Part shown: piece after piece, positions 21,935 to 34,319 of the stretch
Position numbering within the stretch: position 1 is the stretch's first letter
Layout of the letters: each line of letters starts with the position of its first letter
Assembly (NCBI GenBank): GCA_031835245.2
Contig: JAVKOQ020000063.1
Span: 186,001 to 226,733 of the forward strand
Direction of reading: 5' to 3'
Length of the DNA stretch: 40,733 bases
From: Balamuthia mandrillaris
Lineage: Eukaryota
The notes under the pieces: generated by a model
Databases searched by the model: none
What the model was told of the DNA's origin: nothing
What the model saw: the letters and a program-made list of their open reading frames with translations, nothing else
Translations under genes and position numbers: made by a program

Positions 21935-23862
21935 ATGAGGACTACAGGTTTGCTTTTGGCTGTGGTGGTAATGGTCTTGGTCGGCGGCCTGACGAGTGCT
22001 TCAACGCCTACCTATGTGGAAAACACGGAGTTTGCCGTCGGCGGGGAGGGTCCAGAGAACATCACTTGGGACTGCTCCGCGACTCCTGGACAGTTGGCAG
22101 CCTCTTGTTCAGGTACCGTTCGTTCTCCAGTCTGAGTACTCTTCTTTCTTGACATTCTTAAAGTTGGAAGAGCGCTGATCGCCCTCTTTCTCATGTTATG
22201 ATGCATAAAACCAGTTTGCGTGCCCTTCAAAATGGACCTTCTCACCAACAGTTTCTTCTCGCTGGTGGACATGACTGCCGTCAAGGTCAACCTCGGCAAC
22301 TTGCTGCAGGCAGTCGGCGGAGAACTCCAATTCACCGTTGACGCGGACGAGTTAGGCGACGTGGCAGACTATCTCGACATTGGTGACTTCTCTGTGGGCG
22401 TTCCTCTTTCCGAGCTGGCCAGGCCGTTGTCAGCTGTGGAGTTGAACTTGGACGCTGTCATACAGGGAGCCCAGAGAGAGGCGCCCAAGATACTGAAGCT
22501 GGCGAATATGTTGAACTTTGAACCTGAATTGTGCTTCGAGGTCTCTCGTACCGCTTGTGAAGATGTACGTTTCTATATCTCTTTCAATCTTTCTTTCTTT
22601 CTTGTCGTTTCTGTCTTTCTGTTCTTCCTTTCTCCTTTGCGTTTTTAACTATTGAACCCTAGAAAGTAAACATGGGCATCAAACTGGGCAGAAGCAGCAC
22701 TGATCGTCTCATCGACCTTTCCATCGGACTTCGCGGTTCGTTGCAATCTGTCCTCTCTTCTCTGATGGAAAACAATACACTAAACTGTTGCTTTTAGACT
22801 TTTTGGGATGTATGAAGGAACGCTCCTTCAATATCAGCGTGGTGGATGTGACCATCAAGTTGGACTATGACAACAAGCAGATTGCCGTCTGCGCCTCCCT
22901 CTTCGGCGGTATGATCCTGCCCAACGAGTTTTGCTTCTTGTTGGACGACATTCTTTGGACCATGAGAGGCATTTCCTTCTGTCCTCAGATCAGCATTGAC
23001 TCCTTGCCCTATTCCAACACCATCGAGTTCCTGTGTCAGACTTTGGGAGAAAGTATGTCCTTCATTTCACCGCATTCTTTCGTGTCTCTTTCGCTCACCT
23101 TCCGTTCTTCCCTGTCTCATTCCACGTACCTTACAAAAACCAAACCAACATTAGTCGATGAGTGCAACAGAATCGAAACGTTCAAAGAATGTGAAGAGAC
23201 ATCGGGTTGTGGATGGTGCAGTGCTCGCAGGGCATGCATCAGCACTGCCAATCCTATCAACCCTTGCGAAGGGTGCCCTTCCTGGGTCCTCGATCTCCCT
23301 TCCCCTGCCAATGAGAGCACCACACCCGAGGTGGCTGTGCGTGAAGAAGAGAGACAGGAGGGGAACGTGACAGTGTCCTCCGTGAAGGTGCCCTTCCTGG
23401 AGGAGCTGGCAGCAAGAGAGGGAAGAGAGGAAGCGGAGAGGATCGAGGTCAGGTATTGTGGTGACTGGTATGACTACGCCGATGAGACAGGAAAGGTCAG
23501 TTTCGAGCAATGGATGGAGGTTGTGGGAGCGTATTTGAACGCTTCCGAGGTGAATGCTTCCTTTGCTGCCGTACGTTCTGTTCTTTTCTATTGTTGTTAT
23601 CTCAGGAATGCTGAGTATATCAACTATCATAAACAGACAGATGAGAATGGAGACAACGTGATCGACTACAAGGAATACTGTACCTTTGCCTCCCTTGTTT
23701 CCACTGTTGGTGCGTTCCTTATGCTTCCACCTCGATGTTTTGACAAACAACGAATTATTTACTTGTGTTCAAAATGCAGTGCCAAGCAGCAGTGCGTCCT
23801 CGCTCAGCGGCTGGTTGATGACAATGGTTGCCAGCATGCTGTACAGAGGACTGTATTGGTAA
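21935..23862 (+). CDS. Secreted/GPI-like Cys-rich protein 'B1' (beta domain + PSI + EF-hand), multi-exon
   Basis: Signal peptide; ECEETSGCGWCSARRAC; EF loop DENGDNVIDYKE; last exon 23780-23862 VPSSSASSLSGWLMTMVASMLYRGLYW*. Confidence 0.8.
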
Positions 23863-24109
23863 AAGAACGTACAGCAACAATACCAAAGTATGTATGTGTG
23901 AATAAATAAATAGCTTGTGGGCGTGGTGTTATCTTTCCCAAACCTGTTATCTTTTATTTATTTTAGTTGAGTTACTACTGCAAGGACCTACTTTCATTCT
24001 TTGTGCGATGGAGGTTCCTTTTAAACCTCTCTTCGTCTGAACAAAAAGATAAACTTGAGCTTAAGGAGATTAAAAGTGGTTCGGAATGTATTATCAACAG
24101 TAGCTTTGG

Positions 24110-25949
24110 TTAGCGGGCGAGCACCAATTGGCAGTACTCTTCCATCAACACCACTCCATCCCCATCCGAGTCCAAGATGTTGAAGTGTCTTTCAGCCTCT
24201 GCAACGAGAAGAGTACGGTAAGAATCAGAAAGAAAGAGAGGCAAGCTGCAGAGCATGTATAACATACCGTCCAGCGACATCCATTTGCCGGGACCCATTT
24301 GAAACTCCAACAAGGTGAGCTGGTAGTCCCTCTCGCTGTCCAACCTCCTGAACCTTCTGATGCAGTCCTCATAAGGGTTTTCTCCACCAGTAACCTGACA
24401 AATCATATCTGCATCGTCAAACTCGAGTCCTCCCACGCATTGGTCGCATGGATTGGATTCAATAGGGTTCTTGGGCATGCAGATGCCTTTGGAAGCGCAC
24501 CACCCACAGCGATCATCCGCAATGCAGCCACTACAGTTCAGCGTGGTACAGTCCGTCACTGTTTGTTTTGTTTTTTCTTATTATCTAAAGAAAGGAACCA
24601 ACGCAATTGAAACTAAGCCAAACACAAACCTTCTCCCACACGGAAGCAACCCAGATCATAGTTGTTTCCGGCCATGGAAGCTGCGATGCAGGCTTGGAGG
24701 CCACTTTGGGAGAAGATGAGGTTGTGGAGGGAGAAGCACGGAGAGTAGGTGAACGAACGACCCAGAATAGGAGGACAAAAACTGACGGTGCCAGTGGCCT
24801 CATCGAAGGAGATGGGAGAGGCAGTGGCCAAGCCTTTCATTTTTGATGCACAACTTGCTTCTTTCAAAGCATCTGAGGACAATATACAATGGAATATTAG
24901 GACATTATGGTATGGAGAACAAGAATCGAGGAACATACCAATGGCAGCGAAGGCCAGCTGAAGGGAAGGGTAAGGAAGGTCTCGAAGGGAGGCAGACGTG
25001 AGGACCCTATCCGCGTATATCAATTCGATGAGAGGATCCTGTTGTAAATAGAACAACGCACGACGGCTTCAGGTTAACTTGCTTCACTTGAAAGAAGGAG
25101 CACAGAGAACAAATGTTTACCATTTCACAAAGGTCAACTTTCATCTTAAGGCAAGCATCACCAAAGATATCTGGGGCCCCTAGGAATGAGGGCAGGTCGC
25201 TGATACCTGGGGGATCAATCTGCAATAGCCGTGGAATCAGTAAACAACCAGAGACAAGGAAAACTCGGATAACTGAAAAGCGTACAGCAGCTTGGCCAAG
25301 AGTAAGGTCGACGGTCTGAGTTCCCAAGGCATCAAACAGAGCGCTGAAAGGTATATCTACGTTAACGCTTTTCGGCGTGCATATTTCACGTTTCTCTCGA
25401 ACCAGTGGGGAGTCGTTCGTCCCATCCCGTTTCCAAGGCACATCTGGAACCTTGACACACTTGTGGAAAGGAACGTCTACTGAAAAAGAAAAGTCTCCAC
25501 CTTTGACCAGATCCCCGAAGTCGACAGCATACTTTAACTCAGCTTTTGTTGCGTTTGTGAGAAGGTGAAATGAAGTTGAGGAAGGGAAACGTACAAGCAA
25601 ACTCTGCAAGCCTGAACACAGTTCCAACTGGATTGAAGCACGCTTTTTTTTCATCATTATTAGTAAAGTGCAAGTGAAGGGTTAGAAAGGGGAAAACTCA
25701 GTCGGTTGACATAGTACCCGCACAGACGTATGAAAGATGCCCGTCCGCGTCGACTTCTGTTCCACACTTGGTGTTTGCGATGGCGCGGGCTTGTCTCCTA
25801 TGATAGACCGTCCAGCCGTGGCCCTGCTCCCTCAGCTGGTAGTCTGGCCCTGGTGTCTTGGAGAAGGTGGCGTCGGATCGTGTGCTAGCCGTTGCCAACA
25901 AGGCGACCGACAGCAGGAGCAGTACGGCGGTAACGTTGCGCAGGAGCAT
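24110..25949 (-). CDS. Paralog 'A2' of 19535-21469
   Basis: Same exon structure and near-identical PSI/EF-hand region. Confidence 0.8.
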
Positions 25950-26364
25950 AATGTATTCACCTTGTAGTCGCTGAAAATCTTAAGATGCAAAGATGGAAAT
26001 ATTGTATAAACACAAAACGATGGAAAAGTCCGAAATAAAGCGAAACAGTTTAGGATGGAAGACCATGTTTGGAGAAAATTGTTCAAAGAAGAGCATATCC
26101 AGCCGTTTCCCAATCGGCCCTATTTCCGATTTGGGTAAATTGGTTATTTCCACCAATGGAAGCGAGGCAATTAAACGGGGATTGGTGGACCGATAGGCAA
26201 GTTTAAGCCATATTCTCCAAAAATATTCGTTTTGGTTCTTTTTTGCCGTCTTGTCGGTACACCGGCAACGAAAAAAGAACTCACAAATCCACTGATAGGT
26301 TTATTGTTATCTACGTTTATTTTCGATTGCAAACATCTACCTTGAGAGCTATTTTTGAACGCAG

Positions 26365-28203
26365 ATGAAAGTAATTGGTATGCTATGGGCTGCGGTGTTG
26401 GTCGTGTTAGGTATCTCCAGCACATATGCATCCTTCATGGAAAGCACAGAGTTTGCTTTCGGTGTGAATTCTGACAGTATAACATGGGATTGTTCCGTAA
26501 CTTCTGAATCCCTGGATGCCTCTTGCTCAAGTACCTGTTTCTTGCTTTTCTTCGCTTATGTTATACTCACACATGCAACTACAGTCTGTGTTCCGTTCAG
26601 AATGGACCTTCTCACGGACAGTTTTTTCTCCCTGGTGGACATGACTGCCGTCAAGGTCAACCTCGGCAACATGCTGCAATCCGTGGTGGGCAACTATAAG
26701 ATCAAGGTTCCTGCTAGCAAGCTCGGCAAAGCGGCTGACCTTTTGAATTTGGACGACTTCTCGGTGGACGTACCTCTTGCCGACTTGGTCAAACCTTTGA
26801 AAGCGGTGGAGCTGAACCTGGACTCGGTGATAAAAGGCGCCCAGAGAAAGACGGACAAAATTCTGAACCTGGCGAACATGCTTAACGTGGCACCAGACTT
26901 GTGCTTTGAGGTCTCCCGCTCCGCTTGTGATGATGTACGTTCCTTTCGGACAAGTTTTTGTTATAGGAGGTCCAGTTAACTTGTGGCTGTACCTTCTGTA
27001 CCTTCTGCAGAAGGTAAATATGGGCATCAAACTGGGCAAAAGCAGCTCTGAGCTTCTCTTCGACGTTTCCATCGGGCTTGGCGGTTTGTATCTACAGCAA
27101 ACTCCACTTTCTTCCGCTTGCAAAACATAACGCCGTTTCCTTCACCCAGACTATTTGGGATGTGCGAAGGAACGCTCCTTCAACGCTGGCGTGGTGGAGG
27201 CAACGGTGAACATGGACCATGACAACAAGAAGATCTCCGTCTGTGCCTCCCTCTTCAGCGGCATGATCCCGTCCAACGAGTTCTGCTTCTTGTTGGACGA
27301 CATCCTCTGGACCATGAAGGGCATCTCCTTCTGCCCTCAGATCAGCATTGACTCCTCGCCTTATTCCAACACCATCGAGTTCCTTTGTCAGACTTTGGGA
27401 GAGAGTATGTCCTTCACTTCTTTTGTCTTCTATTGCGATCTCACAAAAACCAAACCAACACCAGTCGATGAGTGCGACAGAATCGAAACGTTCAAAGAAT
27501 GTGAAGAGACTTCGGGTTGTGGATGGTGCAGTGCTCGCAGGGCATGCATCAGCACTGCCAATCCTATCAACCCTTGTGAAGGGTGCCCTTCCTGGGTCCT
27601 CGATCTCCCTTCCCCTGCCAATGAGAGCACCACACCCGAGGTGGCTGTGCGTGAAGAAGAGAGACAGGAGGGGAACGTGACAGTGTCCTCCGTGAAGGTG
27701 CCCTTCCTGGAGGAGCTGGCAGCAAGAGCAGGAAGAGAGGAAGCGGAGAGGATCGAGGTCAGGTATTGTGGTGACTGGTATGACTACGCCGATGAGACAG
27801 GAAAGGTCAGTTTCGAGCAATGGATGGAGGTTGTGGGAGCGTATTTGAACACTTCCGAGGTGAATGCCTCCTTTGCTGCCGTACGTTTCTGTCTGCTCGT
27901 CTTCATTGCCTATTGCTGTGTGTTGACTGTCTCGTTGTAAATCAGACGGATGAGAATGGAGACAACGTGATAGACTACAAGGAATACTGTACCTTTGCCT
28001 CCCTTGTTTCCACCAGAGCCATCAATGGTATGAACTGTTCCTAGCATTTCTTTTTTATCACTCAACACACATGACTAACGCAGCATGGTTCTTGTTTGTT
28101 TGTTGCAGACCCAGAACCAGAAACAGGCGATACAGCAATTGGGACTTCGTCTTTGCTCAGGTACCTGTTAGGCGGGCAGCACTCTAATTTCAAGAGTCGT
28201 TAA
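26365..28203 (+). CDS. Paralog 'B2' of 21935-23862
   Basis: Same exon structure. Different last exon (28109-28203, DPEPETGDTAIGTSSLLRYLLGGQHSNFKSR*); the 3' end is less certain. Confidence 0.75.
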
Positions 28204-28648
28204 ATTAGTGTCAATGTTTAAACAAAAACAACAACAACAACATAAGACAACAACAACAAGATCAAAATAAAACCAAAGCTTGTTCAAACCTCCTTTCTTC
28301 TCTCTTCCTTTTTTCCCAGCGGAAGATCCAATGGATAGCCAATAGAAAATCATAACTAAATTGATCGGACAATTGTGTCCGATCACCAATAGAAAATCAA
28401 AACACGGGCTTGATCAATGTAGTAATGATTTTCACGCAAAAGCTCAAAAGATGAAAAGGGAATTGTTTTATCATTGGACAATCAATGGTCACCCTGACTA
28501 TCGGCGACTCTCTCCCATGGTTGCACGTTCATTTTTTTTTTTTTTTGCGGTTGTCAACCTTTGTTATTATTTACTTTGTCATACACGTAACAAAGGGACA
28601 CCACAGCAAAAACAAAAAGCGAACTACTCATCAAACTTGGAACAAATA

Positions 28649-28774
28649 ATGAGCTTCGAGGATTACAAGACACGTTTCGAGAGCGAAGCCACCAACCCAG
28701 AAGCAGTTGTGAAGCTGTTGGTTGAAGGTTTCCTCGTTTCTCTTTTTCATCGTTAGGTGATAAACAAACACTTA

Positions 28775-28816
<42 letters not shown>

Positions 28817-29256
28817 AAAAAGGCATGCTGCTGTTAGAGACCGACAAAACTCTTGGCGAACAGGTCGTCTGCCTCGTTTCCGCCAAGACCAACCTCCAAG
28901 AGGACTCCTCCTCTCCCAGCGGCTTCAAATGGCGCCGAACCGACGACTCGCTCAACCGCCTCCTCCGCGACAAGAACATCGCGCGCAGCTATGCTGGCGG
29001 CGTCTGGACATCAGGCTACGACTCCTCTTCCGTGGACCCCAGCCACATCGTCCTGGATAAAGGCTACAGCGCCTCTAGGCAGGGCATCAACTATCCTCAG
29101 CAGGGCAAAGCCAAGTTCTTCGTGAAGAGCGGCGGGGCGGACACGCCAAGACCCGTTACGCTGGCTTGTAACGCCAGCGGGCAGTGGAAGGTCATGGAGT
29201 TCAGCTCTTTGACCGTGGGAGTCAGGAAGCCGCAGGCTGAAGCGCTTGACTTTTAA
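28649..29256 (+). CDS. DUF6935-like protein (bacterial-type); intron 28728-28822
   Basis: IARSYAGG....GY, GKAKFFVKSGGADTPRPVTL..N.SGQWKVMEFSSLTVGVRKP; family recognised from memory. Confidence 0.7.
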
Positions 29257-29428
29257 GTTCTTTTAAAGTTAGAAATGTTCATATGATGTCGAATAAAAAC
29301 AAAACGTAAAACAAAAGGCTGAACAGAAAGCAAGCACAGAAGAAGAGGAGGAGAAAAAAAAAAGAATGCACAAAAAAACTACAAGTTGGTTTAAAAGAGA
29401 AACAAGAAAGGAAGAGAGTTGAGTTCTT

Positions 29429-29707
29429 TCAGGCGCTGCACATTTGCATAAAGTTGACGGCCACCATCACATCATTCTGCGTGAACACTTTTTGATACGT
29501 CTTCCAAAAGAGTCCTTTCGCTACCACCTAACAAAGAAAGAGAGGATCGTAAGAATGAATAGGAGGAGAAAGGGAACAAAGGGAGAAAAAGGCTAATCAG
29601 ATGAAAGGCAAAAGGAGAGAAAGAGACGACAAAAGAGCAACGAGAACGAAATAAAGCGAACAACACAAATAAAGTACAGAAACGAAAGAAAGAAAGAACG
29701 AGCCGAC

Positions 29708-29774
<67 letters not shown>

Positions 29775-30369
29775 CAACGACAAGAAAGAAAGCAACGACA
29801 AGAAAGAAAGAAAGAAACGGTACCCAAACGTCAGAAGGATAGGCAGTATTTTGGTCGTCAAAGTTCTTGATGAGGTAGTCTCCCTTCTTGGCGTGCATGG
29901 TGCCATAGGAGGTCTTCACCTCAAAGGGGTGCATGACCTGAATGGCAAAGAAACCGGGGGAGGCCAGGTCCGGCACGTACTTGCGCCACTTGCCGTTCTG
30001 CGTGTTGGTGGGCTTGTACTTGGAGAGCAGCCGCTCCTCCTTTTGTGGCCAGAGCTCGCCGGCAACTCCTTTGCATAACATGTCCCCAGCCCTTGTGGTT
30101 TTTTTTTGAGAGTGAGTTTAAAACACAACCAAAAGACAAAAAAGAAAATGTTTTTAAAAGAGCAAATCATACTTGGCTCGTTCTTGTCCTTCCAGGGTCT
30201 CCACGATGGTGTCCTCCTCGAGCTTGTAAGCCCAAACGGGAGCGACTTTGCGGACGTGGAACCAGCCGTTGGCCTTGCGGGCGTTCACCTCATCCAACAG
30301 GTCCTTATTGGGGTTGCTTCGCGCGGGGCGGCGCGCTCCTCTTTTGCCTCTCGTTTGGTTCGCGCTCAT
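29429..30369 (-). CDS. Tandem PGDYG-like domain protein; exons 30369-30173, 30091-29824, 29527-29429
   Basis: Two repeats: VETLEGQERAKAGDMLCKGVAGELWP...KY and VKTSYGTMHAKKGDYLIK...DVWVVAKGLF.KTY. Confidence 0.7.
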
Positions 30370-31149
30370 CCTCTCCCTTCCTTCCCTGTTCGTTCTTTTC
30401 CTGTTGCTTTTGCTTCTCTCTCTTATCAAAAGCAACAGGAAAAGAAGGTAACCACGCACAACCAAAAACTGTCCACCTAATTGCATTGCATTTAATGATG
30501 AATAACTGGACAGAACTTTACCGTCATTCTTTCCAATTACACTTTTTAGTGAATGAAAAAATGGACGGAATTTCGCTATCTAAAAATATTCTGAGAAAGA
30601 AAAATGGCTTCATTGCGTTTGCAGCAGTGGCTTCATTGTATTTGTTGCATCATTCCAAATCCGAAGTGACGTTTCATAAAGTTACCAAAAATGGCGAAAG
30701 AATTGGCCGACGAAAAGCTTCGAAGAAAGATTTCGGTAGAATGCATACCACGTTGTAAGAGGAGAGTGCAGCTGAAGCTGAAAAAGAACTGCAGCTGAAA
30801 ACGTGCGGTGCCACAACTTTTCTCTGCGTGGTGCTCCACCGACAACTTTTGACCCAAAAAGGCCTGAACGAACGGAACCACTACGTTTGTGGTAGTTTGC
30901 GAGAAAAACGAAAGGCACGTGCGTGGGGGTGGAGACGGGTGAACGGAAACCCACTCTGCAGACTCACGGCCACTGGAGCGAAAGAACAATGCAAGTTCTT
31001 TGCAAGTTGAAGTAAAAACTTTGTAAAAGCGAAGCCATCCCGCCTTTTATTTAAAACGCAAGGGGTACCCATCCTTCATTTTTCCCTTCCATAACTCAAA
31101 ACAAAACATAGCAAACGATACTAGCAACTCACTTCAAAAAACCAATATA

Positions 31150-31704
31150 ATGCAGGGTCAACAAGGCCAACAAGGCCTCGAGCCTGGCGCCCATGTGGGC
31201 TACAAGCTGGGCCAGAACATCCTCCCCGGCACCATCGAGGAGAAGCTTACGGAACCCCACAAGGTCGGCGGCCGCGTGGCCCATGCCTCCGAGTCCGACC
31301 CGAGGTACGCCGTTAGGGACGAGCACACGGGCACCACCCAGATCCGTAGGGGGGAGACCCTGGTTCCTGGCTTCCAAGAAGGCCAGGGTCAACAACAAGG
31401 CGGGTTAGGCGGAGGCCAACAACAAGGCTACGGAGGTCAACAACAAGGCTACGGAGGAGGCCAACAACAAGGAGGCGAGTTCAAGGAAGGAGAGCATGTG
31501 GGCTACAAGTTGGGCCAGAACATCCTCCCCGGCACCATCGAGGAGAAGCTGACGGAGCCCCACCAGGTAGGTGGCCGGATGGCCCATGCCTCCCAGAGTG
31601 ACCCCAGGTACGCCGTCAAGGACGAGCACACGGGCACCACTCAGATCCGTAGGGGGGAGACCCTGACCCATCAGGAGCAAGCCGGCGGCGGCACTCGTGG
31701 ATAA
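31150..31704 (+). CDS. Protein with two Hva1/DUF2945-type Tudor domains joined by a Gly/Gln linker
   Basis: Two near-identical units G.HVGYKLGQNILPGTIEEKLTEPH.VGGR.AHAS.SDPRYAV.DEHTG; GGQQQGY repeats in the linker. Confidence 0.75.
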   Translation: MQGQQGQQGLEPGAHVGYKLGQNILPGTIEEKLTEPHKVGGRVAHASESDPRYAVRDEHTGTTQIRRGETLVPGFQEGQGQQQGGLGGGQQQGYGGQQQGYGGGQQQGGEFKEGEHVGYKLGQNILPGTIEEKLTEPHQVGGRMAHASQSDPRYAVKDEHTGTTQIRRGETLTHQEQAGGGTRG

Positions 31705-32114
31705 ACGGAGAAGGAGAGAGAAGGACGAAGAAAACTACGAGCGAGCAATGAGGGTTGCCGCAACAACCACAACAGGAGCCCTAAAGAAAGAGCGGTGATA
31801 GACCCGCCTTTTAGGCTCCTCTCTCTCTCTCTCTCTGCTCTTCTGATGTACAAATGTTCCTCTCTTATTGAGTTTTCTTCGCAGTTGTCAATAACAAAAT
31901 AACCTCAGACCTTTAGCTCCCACATCCACCCGGTTTTTCTCTCCCTCTTCTCCTCACCAAAATTTTATAAGTCCATTTCCTTCTCCGCGAGTTTTCTCGC
32001 GTAGAAAGCAGAGAAACGAAAATTACGTAGCGCAAAAAAAAAAAACTCCAAACAAACAAAAAAATAGGTGTTACACCTACCCTGCAAACAGTAGCAACAG
32101 CAAACACAACCATC

Positions 32115-32736
32115 ATGGCCAGCCTGCCGGCTGGCTTCTTCTACCCTTCCGTGTGGGATCCCCCTCTCATCATGCTCCAGATCCTGGCCATGCAGTGCCT
32201 CTTCTACCTGGCCGTCGGGGTGGGCCTCGTCTTCTACGGCCTCCTGCTCGGCCAGGGCTTCTTCCTCTACGAGCAGGTCTTCTCCGCTGGCCTCCTCCAC
32301 TTTCGCTCCACCTTGGGTTGGTCCACTGTTCTCTCTTTCTTCTCTGCTGCTCTGGCCAGGTTCGTTCCTCTTTCTCCTCTCCCTTCCCTCCTTGCTTGTG
32401 AAGACACAACAATCAAGTCTATTGACCCTGTCCGTTTCCTATCTGCTCATCGGTTTACCACTTTGTTTTTGCAGTGCGGTAGCGCTCATGTGGGTAGTGG
32501 AACGGGCCAAAAAGTGTCTGGATTTTGGTAGCACAGTGTACATACTTCACGCCATCTTCTGCATCTGCTACGACGGCGGACGCTTGCCTCGTTCTTGGTT
32601 CTGGTGGGTCTTCCTGGTGTGCATGGCGGTGCTCACGTCCGTTTTGGGGGAGTACCTTTGTTGGCGGAGGGAGATCAGGTCCATTCCTTTCGGCCCTCAA
32701 ACCACCAACAAATCTCCACCTCTTTTGGAAGTCTGA
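32115..32736 (+). CDS. SYS1: SYS1 Golgi integral membrane protein; one intron (~32360-32474)
   Basis: WDPPLIMLQILAMQCLFY, VVERAKKCLDF, P.SWFWW, LGEYLCWRREIRSIP. Confidence 0.92.
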
Positions 32737-32917
32737 TGGGATTTGGTTTGATGTTGATGCAGAAGAAAGCGGAAGAGGAGGACGATGAAAGAGGAGGAGG
32801 AGGAAGAGAGGGGAATGTGTGTACAGGAGGTGAAAAGATTAGGTGAAAAAAGAAGTGTTCTTTTTTCTTTAAGTTTTGTTGTTTTTTTTGTTCGTTTTGG
32901 AAGAAAAAAAGGAAAGC

Positions 32918-33283
32918 ATGGAAGCGGCTAGTGAAGATGATGATAAAACAGCAGCAGCAACAACAAGCACAACGACAGCAGTAACTACGTCTTACAGATT
33001 TGGAGAGGAGGAGATTTGTTTGGCGCTGATTCAAGAAACAGATGAAGGTCTGGTTGTTTTTTTCCTCATCCCTTTTTTTTTGTATCTCTGCTTCTCAACC
33101 TCTTCTCTCTCTCTCTCGTTTAGAGAAGGAAGGGCTTGCGCTGCCGAGCAGATCGACAGGAGTGAAAGTTTGGCCTTCTGCGCTGCTTCTTTGCCACGTC
33201 CTCAACGACGACCCAGCCTTGGTGCGAGCAAAGAGCGTGTTGGAGCTTGGTGCTGGTCTTGGTTCGTACCTCTATTCTTCTAC

Positions 33284-33324
<41 letters not shown>

Positions 33325-34120
33325 TGAACTTTTCCTTGCGGCTGAAGGACTTTGCGGTTTGTTCTCTGCGAAGCTTGGAGCAACCAAAACGGTGCTAACC
33401 GACAACGATGACCAAGTCCTATCAGCGTTACAACGGAATATAGAGCTCAACTTTGGTAAAGTATCACTGCTATATTTTCTTTTCAAAGCTTGGCTTCTCG
33501 TTTGGTTTTGCGTTGACACTTTTGTTTTGATGACTATCTTCAGATGAATCGCAAAGAAGCGGCGTTACGTGTTGCAAGTTGCGTTGGGGTCATCAACAAC
33601 GACTGGATGTGTCTTCTTATTTTCCTTCCACATTCGATGTCATTCTTGCTTCGGATGTTTTGTACGTTTCCTCTTATATATTATATGTCATTTGTTCTTT
33701 AGTCATTTCTTCGGGCTTCTCGCTCTTCTCTGCTTCTCGCTCTCTCGTTGCTTGCACTTTCTATTTTGTGGCTCCTCCTTTTTTCTTACAAAACAACTCG
33801 ATAGGTATTATCCTTCTGCGGTAGAACCTTTTTGGAAGACAGTGGATAAGCTCCTAGCCAAGAGCTCAACTGCCCACACGAACCGACCGAAACTGATCCT
33901 CTCTCACGTCTCGCGGGAGAAAGCAGTAGATTCTTTGCTGATGGAATCCGCGCATCGCTATGGCTTTATCGCCCAACCGCTTTCCATCCGTTCTTTTCTC
34001 TCTCCCTCTCCCTCTCCTTCTTCCGCCCCCTCTGCTTCTTCAACGCGTGTTGTCTCTCACTGCAACGACTTCGTGAAAGCCAGCATGCTTCGTTTGTTCC
34101 TTTTTGTTCGAAACAAATAA
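32918..34120 (+). CDS. Methyltransf_16 (METTL21/23-like) protein lysine/histidine methyltransferase, multi-exon
   Basis: TGVKVWPSALLL, VLELGAGLGLCG, VLTD, LRWG, FDVILASDVLY. Confidence 0.85.
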
Positions 34121-34319
34121 AAAACCTGTTAAGTATTAACGGAAACAAAATAAAAAATAAACAAAATCCTCCTTAAATTTTAAGGTGGAAGGTTATTAAT
34201 TTCATTCAACCAATCAGCTCGCGCTTTTGTTTTTCTGAAGTAAGATCGTGATCTCTTCATTTTCATTTATTTTTTATTTGCTAATTTTTTTTTTCATTCT
34301 TACAGCACCATTACACGCT

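Larger units (their letters stand above)
19535..28203. repeat. Tandem direct duplication of a ~4.3-4.6 kb divergent gene-pair unit
   Basis: A1<-/->B1 followed by A2<-/->B2. Exons are alignable; introns and promoters are mostly diverged. Confidence 0.9.
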
